From Octopus vulgaris (lineage: Eukaryota), in NCBI GenBank assembly GCA_951406725.2, contig OX597823.1, forward strand, positions 67,952,001 to 68,016,000: a DNA stretch of 64,000 bases, in the 5' to 3' direction. How positions within the stretch are numbered: position 1 is the first letter of the stretch; each line of letters begins with the position of its first letter. Shown one piece after another: positions 14,135 to 25,157 of the stretch. Under the pieces are notes generated by a model. That model saw only the letters and a list, made by a program, of their open reading frames with translations, was not told the origin of the DNA and did no database searches. Both the position numbers and the translations under genes were made by a program.

Positions 14135-14355
14135 GCACGCACACACCACACACACAAACACAATAAGTACATTTTGTGCTAATCTAACTTCCTGTCCAAA
14201 GTTAATAAAAGTGTTCTTAATAATATACCATCTCATTTTAGAACAGTTCAGAATCTGCATAAGATGGACTCCTGTATAGTGTCTCTCAACCTACACATGA
14301 TGGCAATAAAATATGTTTTTACAAATCCTTAACATCAAAATGAGAACTAGCTACT

Positions 14356-14872
14356 CATCATCATCATCATCATCATCGTTTAACGTCCATTCTCCATGCT
14401 AGCATGGGTTGGACGGTTCGACCGGGGTTCTGGGAAGCCAGAAGGCTGCACCAGGCTCCAGTCTAATCTGGCAATGTTTCTACAGCTGGATGCCCTTCCT
14501 AACGCCAACCACTCCGTGAGTGTAGTGGGTGCTTTTACGTGCCACCTGCACAGGTGCCAGGCGAGGCTGGCAACGGCCACGGTCGGATTGGTGTATTGTA
14601 TGTGCCACCGGCACGGAAGCCAGTCGAGGCGGTGCTGGCATCGGCCACGAGTCGGATAGTGCTTTTTACGTACCACCAGACCAGGGATCCTGGCTGGTTC
14701 AATTCGATTTCGATTTCGCTTGCCCCAAGATGTCTTCACAAGCAAAGGGGTTGGCATGGGTGCCTGTCGTACGGTCGCATTGGAGTATTTTACGTGCCAC
14801 GGCCACGAGTCGGATAGTGCTTTTTACGTACCACCAGACCAGGGATCCTGGCTGGTTCAATTCGATTTCGCT
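14356..14872 (-). mobile_element. Young GC-rich RTE 3' UTR/tail-type element
   Basis: (CAT)n tail, ggatgcccttcctaacgccaacc motif and repeated ttttacgtgccacc units. The same tail follows the RTE ORF at 27860-28760. CpGs are retained. Confidence 0.8.
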
Positions 14873-15309
14873 GAAGACAATGATATAGTCACAATAAATA
14901 TAAAGCGATCAAGTCTAGAGCACAAATTGACATGAATGAATCACATGGAATAATATTTATGCTCATGTAGAGACTATTCAGAAACCTTATGGCATGAATT
15001 GTTCCAATAGAAAAATTACCAATCTGAAAGTAAGCACCTTTTAAAAATGGCCTTAATATGTCTGCCAAGCTTGCAAGTGTAATGTTTTTTCAAGGATCCA
15101 TTATCCATAAATAAGATCTTCCGACTCGTAGAAACTATATAAAGATTTAACAGCAGAGATATTTAACTGTTCTTTTTATCTTTTTATCTCTCCTTTTCTT
15201 CTTTCTAGTTTTTACTTTTGTTTAAATTTATTTTATTGTGTTAGGGTTATTAAATACTTTCTAAATCTCTTATGGCCTGCAAGCTTTACATGAATTTTGA
15301 AATTGAGTT

Positions 15310-15676
15310 ATCTTTTATCTTTTACTTGTTTCGGTCATTAGACTGCAGCCAAGCAAGGGTACCACCTTGAAGAATCTTAGTTGTATCAAACAACCCCAGT
15401 ACTTAATTTTTTTAAAGTCTGGTACTTGTTCTATTTGTCTCTTTTAATGAACCACTAGGTTACGGGGCTGTAAACATATCAATACTGGTTGTCAAGCAGT
15501 GGTGAGGGACAAACACACACACTTCTTTCAGTTTTCATCAACCAAATCCACTCACAAGGCTTTGGTTGACCTGAAGCTATTGCAGAAGACACTTGATCAA
15601 GATGTCACACAGTGGAACTGAACCTGGAACCATGTAGTTGAGAAGGAAACTTCCGACTATACAACCATACCAGTGC
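15310..15676 (-). mobile_element. SINE family A, diverged
   Basis: Colinear but mutated match to family A. Confidence 0.8.
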
Positions 15677-17340
15677 AGTAAGAAGTAAATAAATAACAAA
15701 ATAATTTGGGGCCTAGGAATCAATGATATTTTGGATATTTGAAATAACTCATTATAGAGCAGAACAATACCAAATATTTATGATTGTTGTGGAAAATGGT
15801 TTTGTTTGTAATATAGCATTAAATGATAAAAAAAAAAAGACTTTAAAGACAAGGTTGCCATCAAAACAAAAGTCAACAAAAATGATTTTAGTGAAGGTCT
15901 AGACTCTTCCCAGAACTATAAAGGTAAAATCTCCTAGGGAATCTGTCAGGTCAATGATCTACTAGAAATAGCATCCAAAGCTTTCTGAAACCACACCATA
16001 ACATTTTAAACAAAGAGGAATATATTTAAATAATGTAATACTGGACATATTGTGTCTGAAAATAATGTGGAACGATAATGGCTAGAATATCTTTGATCAT
16101 AGATTGTCTGATTATAGCCATTTTCGGAGTAAACAAGTGCATACTAATTCAGAACATGTACATTTGAAAACAGCAAACATAATGCATTAACAAGTCAATC
16201 TTACATTATTTCACACCTAATTTCAATATAGTAGGGCAACAAATATTTTAACTAAGCTAGAAACATTAAACTCAGTCATCAAACTAATAGTAGATTCTCA
16301 TCAATATTACCTGTTACCCAGATGACTTTGGATAAACAACTACCCATTATCATTTGAACACATTCACACACATAAAAATATTTACCAATTGCAATATTGA
16401 TTCTGGAACTAAATTCTGCACTGAGTTACCAACCACTAACTCAGACTGAAATAAAGAACATAATACTCTTTGAACTGTGATACTGCATTCTACATAAACT
16501 GTTACTCCATATAGAATGTGTTGTCTGATCAGACTGAAGCATGTATCCTAATTTGCTTGATAAGAGCTGACCATCATTATAAAGCAACATTAACAATAAT
16601 ATTAACATCACCAACAACTACAAATCCTTAAAACCTCCACTAAATGTTATTGATGTTAATCTGAGGTCATCCACGACTAAAGGTGTTATGTCTATATCCA
16701 TTTTGCAATTTTCTATATCTAGAATTGTATTGCTCAGTGTGTCCTTCTTTTTAAGGTGGTAGATTGTGAATGGAAAGAGATGAGGATGCTATTTTGAGTA
16801 GGTCATGCGACCATGTGGAAGGATCCCCTCATTATCTTATCTCTACCAAATTACCAAAAGTTGGTGCTTGAAATTACATTTGGTTTCTTAAGAACTACCA
16901 AAAATGTAAGAAATAATTAATTTCAGAAAACAACCAAAAACAAAAGAAATAACAAAAATTCAGTTCCAATTAGGATACGTTTTGCAATTTTTTTTTAAAT
17001 CAATAAATGCCACTGTCAGGCAAGAACATTGTAATGCTCAAAATTGCAGCATTAAAATAACTAGAAACAATGACTCACTAAAATTACTTGAGAAAATGGT
17101 ATTAAAAAAAAATTGACAAGGAAACTATAATGAAATGCCTGGGAGATAGGTGAGCAATATAATTAATGGTGTAACAAATATAAATCTCTACCTGATATAT
17201 CTACATCACCAGATATATAATCAGCCATGTAGAAATGGCTTGTGGCTGATGTAGAAGAAAAAGAAAAAAAGTCTACATATATATCTATTTTTTCATATAC
17301 ATATATACATGCATGTATGTATATTTTATAAATATATATA

Positions 17341-17387
<47 letters not shown>

Positions 17388-17872
17388 TTATGTCTGTATG
17401 TGTTTGTTTATATATATATAAAAATATGAACTATTTCTCACAGTAATATACAATTTAGATTTTAAGAATATAATAAAAAATATTGTTAGTGAGGAATCTG
17501 TGATGTGTTTTTAGAAATGTCGAACAAAAATGAAAAAAAAAAAACAAGAAAGAAGTGAGAAGAATATATAATATGAATGGAAAGTAATATCAGAAGTAGA
17601 ACAAACATCAGTCTAAAGTTCACTAACGACATAGACTTTGAATCAAGTAGAATTAAACTATGAACAGAAATACTAAACAGTGTAATTCTTTCTACAGCAT
17701 CTGAAATTTTGGGGAAGGGGATTAGTTGATCAAATTGACTACAGTACTCAGCTGGTACTTATTTTTATTGAAGCTGACTACAGTGCTCAGCTGCAGTTCT
17801 ATATTTAAGAGATGAGGAAGTATGTACATTATTTACAATTGACGGATATTTGTTCCCATCTTGTTTGTTGTT

Positions 17873-17918
17873 AACACAACGTTTCGGCTGATATACCCTC
17901 CAGCCTTCATCAGGTGTC
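17873..17918 (-). ncRNA. Minimal type I hammerhead ribozyme motif (Penelope-like element type)
   Basis: Minus strand reads GACAC-CUGAUGA-A-GGCUG(loop)CAGCC-GAAA-CGUU-GUGUU: stem I GACAC/GUGUU, stem II GGCUG/CAGCC, palindromic AACGUU in place of stem III, GUU triplet. Activity is not shown. Confidence 0.7.
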
Positions 17919-18001
17919 TTGGGGGAAATTTCGAACCTGGGTTCTCATTCTTAATGTATTTTTCGATGTTGTTGTTGTTCCTGTTGTTATTATTATTATT
18001 C

Positions 18002-18075
18002 AGGTCACTGCCTGGAATCGAACTCAGAATCTTGGGGTTAGTAGCCCGTGCTCTTAACCACTACACCATATGCCC
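18002..18075 (-). promoter_or_regulatory. tRNA-derived head with Pol III A and B boxes
   Basis: GGGCATATGGTGTAGTGGTTAAG (A box) and GAGTTCGATTCC (B box) at tRNA-like spacing, with an anticodon-like loop CTACTAA. There is no proper acceptor stem. Confidence 0.75.
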
Positions 18076-19774
18076 ACGGGCATACGGTGTAGTGACCTAA
18101 ATAATAATAATAATAATAATAGCAGTGAAAAATACCTTAGGAATGAGAACCCAGGTTTGAAATTTCCCCAAGACACCTGATGAAGGCTGGAAGGTATATC
18201 AGCCAAAACGTGTTAACAACAAACAAGATGAGGACAAATATCTGTTGAATGTAAATAATGTAAATAGTGCTCAGCTTGTACTTATTTTTATTGACGATAA
18301 AAGGCAAAATCGACCTCACCAGAATTTGAACTCAGAATGTAAAGCCAGAAGAAAATGCCATTGAGCATTTTGTTGGGCCTGCTAGTAATTCTGCCCATGC
18401 TGCCTTAGAAACACCACACAGTGTGACAGTACTGAAAATTTTCTTAAGAAACATTAATTAGAACTATAGGAGATAAACTAAAACACAAGGAATACAGATC
18501 AAAACCTTACAAGAATAACAATATGAGATCCTCAATACACAATATACAGTTTAATGGATTTCAAGAAAGAGAAACAGAACTGTTTTGGTTTCAGTTATTC
18601 TATAATTTTGTTTTTAATGTTTATTCATGTTAGCAATCTCCCATCAGTTATGAAAACATGGCATCATGTTATCTTACTCATTTACACTTTAGCCAATTAA
18701 TTTCCTGAGAAGTGATACCACCTCAAAGCTTTCTGAACAAAAAAAATCAATACACAAATTTGTTCTTGTACATTATGATAGTTTTGTCCAATAGATTACT
18801 TCAAATTAATATAAAATTTGATAAAGTATTGCCACAATTTTAGAGCTTCACTACTTCACTGATGATACGATTTTACTTTTCTGTGGAAGTGAGAGTAAAA
18901 ACACTTTTCATAAGTTCAGTGATTTATAGAAATATGAGACTTAAAGTAACTTAACATAATAAAGCAAAACATTGTTTGCTTGGTTAAGTTGCACGTACTT
19001 TAGATCCCCCTTCTGATACATTTACTCATCAGTTTTATATTTGATTTTCTATGCTAGCATATGTAAGATCAATATGTATTGATGCATTATTTTACTGCTG
19101 GATCCCTTTCTATCACTAAGTATTACATATTTTTCAAGTAATTGATTTTTCATTCTATTTATCTTTGAAAGAGCAAAGTTATGGTATAATTTTATTAGCA
19201 GAGAATATCTACAAATGTTAATGTTTTAAGATTCAACATTTTCATGCAAGGGTGTGGAACGTAAACATTCATATAGGCAAACACATACACACATACGTGC
19301 ATGCACAAACATACATACACTTGTACATACACACACACACACACAAACATACACACACACACACTACGAGTTTCTATACAGTTTCTGTCTACCAATTCCA
19401 CTCAGCCTTAAGTTTCAGTAGAAGATACCAAAGGTACCACACAGTGTGACATAACTGCCTATACCTCAAATATTGTATATAAATAATAAATTGATACAAA
19501 GAATAAACGGTGCCATTTCAACTATACCTGTCCTATGTATATAGATAAATGATAATAAAATTAAATAGGTCTGACATGTTAATTTAATGAACCTGAAGAT
19601 TTCAAAGTTACCTTAATTGCAAAAAATTTCATTCTGTGACTTACTAGCTTAAACATTTCTTTTCGTATTTTAGTAGTTCATTACAAATTAGTATAATGTG
19701 TACACAAAATTATACCATGTATGACTGAGTAAACATATGAAAAAAGCAACTAGCTGGGCATACTTTAAAAAATA

Positions 19775-21043
19775 TCAGGCTGAGTAAAAAGTAAGTAATG
19801 TTTTGAAACATGAAATTCATCAGAATATATTTCAACAATGCAGAAATTTTATTTATTGTATTTATCAAAGTAAGTACCATTACAATCAACAAATTTTTGC
19901 CAATGAGTTAAAAGTTTGTTTATTCCGGTAATATAAAAATCAGGAGTTCTGGAGCTGATGAACTCTTTGAATGCACTTTCAGCATCTGTTTGAGTTTTGA
20001 AATCCTTCTCTCACAGAAAACCATCAAGATGTTTGAAAAAGTGGTAGTTGGTAGGAGAAAGGTCTGAGGAATAAGCTGGAGGGGGAAGAACTTTGTAGCC
20101 AAGTTCCCTCAACGTTTGGAGCGCCATTAGTGAAATGTGTGGTTGAGCACTGTCATGAAGAATGAATGGCTCTCTTCTGTCGACCAGTCTGAGAGGGAGG
20201 AGTAGCAGTTTTTTGTTCATTTTGGCAATTTCATGGCAATATGCTTCTGCAGTAATGGTTTTACTGGGTTTTAAGAAATTATAGTGGATGAGTCCAGCAG
20301 TACACCACCAAACAGTCATCATAATCTTCTTTTTGAAGAGCTTGGATTCAGGGAAGGTTTTCGGTGCTTCATTTTGGCCCAGCCACTGTGAAGAACGTTT
20401 TTTTATTATTGTACAGAATCCACTTTTCATTGCAAGTTACAATATGGTCAAGAAATGGATTGGTCTGGTTACTGAGAAGAAGCAACAAGCAAATTTCATA
20501 TCTGTGCATTTTCTGATTTTCATTCAAATCATGTGGTACACATTTGTCAAGCTTTTTTGATTTTCTGATCACATGGTTGCAGGCAGTTTTCTGGCTAACT
20601 TGAAATTCTTTTGACAGTTCTTGAGTGGTTTTACATGGATCATTCTCAATGACATCATAGATGACAGTTGGGTGTCCACTAGACTCACCATCAAAGCTCA
20701 GGTCTCCACTGTAAAAACATTGAAACCATTTTCGAGCTGACCACTCATTGGTAATTTTTCCGCCAAATGTTTCATTGATATTGCGAGCAGGTTCAGCTGT
20801 TTTACATCCTTTTTTGAAGTTGAATAGCAAAATTGCTCGAATATCGTACTTTGACAGTTCCATTTCAGATGATTGTAACAACAGCAAAACAATATCAATG
20901 TTAATTTATTAATGCATTTGAGCAAGTCTATGTCTGTATTATCAGACAATTGCAAAAATATGTTTTTAAAAAAGTCAAAACTGCAAAAATCAGATACAAA
21001 TTCTTCCTGGTTTAAAACATTGCTTACTTTTTACTCAACCTGA
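19775..21043 (-). mobile_element. Full-length, inactivated mariner DNA transposon (Hsmar1/cecropia-like)
   Basis: 30-bp TIRs at 19775-19804 and 21014-21043 (28/30 identical, TCAGGYTGAGTAAAAAGTAAGYAATGTTTT), TA on both flanks, length 1269 bp. Confidence 0.93.
19900..20863 (-). pseudogene. Frameshifted mariner transposase
   Basis: HTH IRAILLFNFKKG..ARNINETFG..ARKWF and motifs CVPHDL (WVPHEL), IVTCNEKW (TxDEKW), MMTVWW, ILHDSAQPH (HDNARPH), YSSDLSPTNYHFF (YSPDLAPSDY), split over at least two frames. The 3' boundary is approximate. Confidence 0.9.
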
Positions 21044-21943
21044 TATTAACAGTGCAGTTCCACATTCAGCAAAGTCACTCTATCATCAATATGGTATCAT
21101 AGTTCAATTAAGTCTGTAGCATAATGTATTTCTACATGTCCAAGAGGCTCAGTGTTTTCATGTTTGGAGTAGGACCATTTCCTAGAAGGGGTTAGTAATT
21201 TATCTGCTTTCCTACTTTGGCTTTTGCTAAATTAACTCTAAGGCCCTTTGATTTCAGACTTGCTTCCACTCCTGAACTTTCTTTGACAGAGTGAGTCTTA
21301 ACTGAATATCATATATATGCTTTCACTTTGAGTGAATTATACTACATAATATTCATGATACTACTGAAATGTATTTCCTGGGCTAAAGGGTTAGGGGCTT
21401 ATAATGTCTGTCAGTGAAATTTTGAAAGACCTTCAAGATCCAGTGAATTAGGTGTTGGACTCTTTAGATTTGTCTTCAAATTGTTAATGTTCATATTTGA
21501 ATTTAATGAATTACAAAACTGCTTCAAAAATAAGTTCTAATTCTAAACTCAGTATTTTTTAAATATTCTTAAAGATAAATATGTTTAATGTTTCATAGTT
21601 ATTTTGTTTCTTTCATATTATTTATGTCAATTGTTTGCATCACAAATTGAAAAGGAAAATAAGAATCACATTATTTTGTTCATAATTATTTGAAAACTGA
21701 GATATTTTAAGAAGATATCAATGTATATTGTATTTTGTGTAAGATTTTTATTTTCAAAATAAATAGACAATACTATGAATTCTATCACAGAAAGTTACAA
21801 TAATAAAACTGAAATTACACAATATCTTATCTTACTTTACATAAATAAAAAATTATGGTGACAGTCATTAAATAAATGGTGTATGAAGTTAAAAGTCAAT
21901 CAAAAGTTTAAAGCATCTTTTGACAAAATTTCTAATGTTAGAT

Positions 21944-21945
<2 letters not shown>

Positions 21946-21999
<54 letters not shown>
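21946..21999. repeat. (TA)n microsatellite (others at ~7059-7085, 7285-7380, 17349-17385, 23298-23335, 34940-35070)
   Basis: Direct inspection. Confidence 0.97.
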
Positions 22000-22003
<4 letters not shown>

Positions 22004-22599
22004 TAAGTAATAGTCAACCTATATTTTTCTTACTTGTGCGTGTATGTCTAAATTATAGTATTTTGCTTTGAAGAAATGTAAGTAAATATTGGAAACAATA
22101 AAATTGTAATAAGAATGGAGCTAAAAAATATTATAATAGTTAAACTGAACACCTGGCATTCTGGCTATAATGATTTTATCCAGTCAATGTATCTTCATTC
22201 ATGTACAACTTCAGAGCTATTAAGTTAAAGAAATTTTTTGAAATAATGTTTATCAAGGTTAGCTGAAGTACTGATTGCTTGATTGTTAGACAATGCAGCA
22301 GGAGAAATATAGAACGGTAGGCAGCTGAATGAATTCTTTTAACCCTTTAGCATCCAGATTACTCTGTTAAATATAATGCGTTTTTATTTAAATTGTTTTG
22401 AATTAATCATGCATTATCTTATAAATCTGAGGTTTTGATGACATGATTGTTTATTTTTAGAATAACATTGTAGAGTAGTAGTGAAAGGCTAGATATGACC
22501 AGTTTGAACATAAAATATGTAGAATATTTGGGTTGAATATGGGCCTAAGAACATGATAGACAAAGTACACATGATAGATAGACCCTGTCAAATACTCAA

Positions 22600-23275
22600 G
22601 AGATTCCCTAGATGTAGTAGATAGTTTTTGGTAACTAGATGACCTAATTAGCTATAGAGGAGGATGTTCTGAAAGTATAATTGCTAGAAGAAAAATAGGA
22701 TGGAAAAGGTTCAGTGAGTTATTATCTATCTTGGTAACAAAAGGTCTCTACTTTAGAGTGAAGGGCAGACTGTACATTGTTTGTGAATGAATAGCAACAT
22801 TACATAGTTGTGAGATGTGAGTCCTGGATGTAAAGGACATGAGACAACTAAAAAGGAATGAAGCTAGTATGATCTGATGGATGTATAATATCAGCATGTA
22901 TGTAAAACAAAGTGCAATTGTATTGAGAGAAATATTAGACAAAAATGGTATTCGATGTATAGTGCAAAATAGCTGTGTTGGTACGGTCGTATGATGTGAA
23001 TGGATGACAACTACTACATAAAGAAGAACTTCTCACTTAAAGTGGATGGCACTTGTAGGAGAGGAGGGACCCAGGAAGACATGGGAAAATTAGTGAAGGA
23101 TGATTTCAAGATTTTATGCCCCATCCTGGAGATGATAAAGGACTGAGATGATTGGTGTTTCACAGCTCAGTAAAACCAGATCATCACAGTGTTAGATTTA
23201 TGACTGATGTCCTCCAGTTCATTGGCTCCAGCAAAACTGTCCAGCCCATGCCAGCATGGAAATCAGACAGTTGGT
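22600..23275 (+). mobile_element. Decayed RTE-clade LINE 3' fragment
   Basis: Remnants VVDSF..LISYRGGCSESIIARRKIGWKRFSELL..VTKGL.FRVKGRLY and GRPRKTW. Confidence 0.8.
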
Positions 23276-23292
23276 CTCTCTCCCTCTCAATG

Positions 23293-23340
<48 letters not shown>

Positions 23341-24377
23341 GAGAGAAAGAGATACACATAATATTTAATAAAATATGATTTTATAAATTACTATGATTTT
23401 AGTAATTCTGAAAGAAGTTGACATTTTCTTTATGCCCGCACATGCTGGGCCTTGCCTTGCACACTCTGCCAAGCATTTTCCATTTTTCATCCTCTGAACA
23501 TCCATCCTTCATCCTCATTATCGGCTCTTCAGTGATCACCCCTTTTCTGTGTGTCCATACATCTACCATTGTTTTTCATTCACCTTCACCCATCTTTTAC
23601 TCTCCTCTCACACCCTTATCAAATTTATTCAACCCCTCCTCTCCACCCGGATCCACTGTCCATATTCTCTCTTAAACTTTCTTTGTTGTTCTTTGAAAGT
23701 TTGCTCTGTCACCTTGTCATCACCATCTTTATCTCCTTTCCAGCTGCTCCCACCCACCCTTATGTAATACAGGGTAGCCATATACCTTCTCTGTAGCAAG
23801 ATATCTATGTTTGTCCCTCTGTCATACATTAACCTCTCAACAGCTGGCATAAAGCCCCTTCCCTTTCTCTCAAACACATCCCCACTCAGTCGAAGGGACT
23901 TTTTCTTTTCTGGTCTTAGAAGTTACTTAGTGACCTCACTAGTGCTGGTGCATGAAAAAAACCACCCAGCACACACTGTAAAGTGTTTTGTTGCAGGAAG
24001 GGTATCCAGTCACAGAAACTAGGCCAAAGCTGACATTGTAGCTTAAATCCTGAAATTCATCATCTCAAGCCATCCAATCCTTGCCAGCATGGAAAATGGA
24101 CATTAAATGATGTTTGTGTATTTGCATTTTTTCCTGAATTGCATTCTATTTCACTCTCTTATTTAAATTATTTCTGATTTTTTTTTTTATGAACCATGTT
24201 TTAGGAGACAGTTTTAGCAAACAAAATAATACTTATTGATTGTTTATCTCTCATCTTGTATAATTGTGCTTCTTTTGCATCATAAAGCTGACAACCAAAT
24301 AAATAAGATTTATTTAGACATTTTCTCTCTCTCTCTCTCTCTGATGGCATGTCAAGATAATAAGGAAGAATACATAC

Positions 24378-24463
24378 CAGTAACTGAACAACATCCTTAG
24401 GGTCACGGCCCTGTACATTGGTCCCATTTATCTCACAGATTTCATCTCCCACATGTACGAGAC
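24378..24463 (-). CDS. MPP7: Internal exon of MPP7-like protein: PDZ core ((G)LVHVGDEICEINGTNVQGRDPKDVVQLL)
   Basis: 86 nt, acceptor tttgtag, donor gtatgt, phase 1 to 0. It completes the Gly codon split from the previous exon and matches GLIHVGDELREVNG..PEEIIQIL. Confidence 0.92.
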
Positions 24464-24819
24464 CTACAAATAATAAATATTAATCAAATGAAGTATAATA
24501 TAATATATACACAATATAATTACACAAGCATTAATAATACAACCATTTGGCAGTTGATTCAATTTTATTAATATTGCTGTGTTAGTGGAATGACAGAAAT
24601 GGTAGACTGCCAGACTAAATGCCATGCAGTAATTAGTTTAATCTCTGCACACTCTAAATCAAAATCCTAATGGAGTTACCTTTTCTTTTTCATGCCTTCA
24701 TGGTTAATAAAATAAGTACTAATCAAATACTAGACTCAATTAAACCAGTAGCTCTTAAATTTATGGGCTTCTTTCATTATATAGAAGTTATAACTATTAG
24801 CAATATTATCAACGAAAAG

Positions 24820-25157
24820 GTGATGGACTAACATAAAGTCAACATTCTGTCAGTTATGACGGCAAGGATTCCAATTGATCCAATCAATGGAAGAACCTGC
24901 TAGTGAAATTAACCTGCAAGTGGCTAAGCACTACACAGACATCTCTACTCTTAATGTAGCACTCAGGGAGATTCAGCATGACAGTGTGATAAGACTGGCC
25001 CATTGAATTACAGGTACAACTCAATTTTGCTAGCTGAGTGGACTAGAGCAATGTGAAATAAAGTGTCTTGCTCAAGGACACAATGTGCCACTGGGAAACG
25101 AACTTACGACCTTATAATTGTGAGCCAATTACCCTAACCACTTAGCCACATGCATTC
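24820..25157 (-). mobile_element. tRNA-derived SINE family D (fragments also at ~770-985 and ~11215-11360)
   Basis: Minus strand has TGGCTAAGTGGTTAGGG (A box), AGTTCGTTTCC (B box) and GTGTCCTTGAGCAAGACACTTTA core. Repeated in the window. Confidence 0.75.

Larger units (their letters stand above)
17793..18265. mobile_element. Head-to-head palindromic insertion of a tRNA-headed, hammerhead-containing short element
   Basis: Left arm ~17793-18075 (minus) and right arm 18078-18265 (plus) are inverted copies. AGTGCTCAGCT flanks both sides (17782-17792, 18266-18276). The insertion interrupts an older SINE. Confidence 0.85.

Noticed and set aside
14500-14870. Spaced short repeats resembling a CRISPR-like array
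   Set aside because: The units are irregular, degenerate and part of a LINE 3' UTR in a eukaryotic intron, with no cas genes.
18002-18075. Possible functional tRNA gene
   Set aside because: The acceptor stem does not close and the sequence is part of a repeated element with a TSD. It is treated as a SINE head.
18172-18214. Hammerhead copy on the plus strand
   Set aside because: The catalytic GAAA is mutated to AAAA and the NUH triplet is deleted, so it is predicted inactive.
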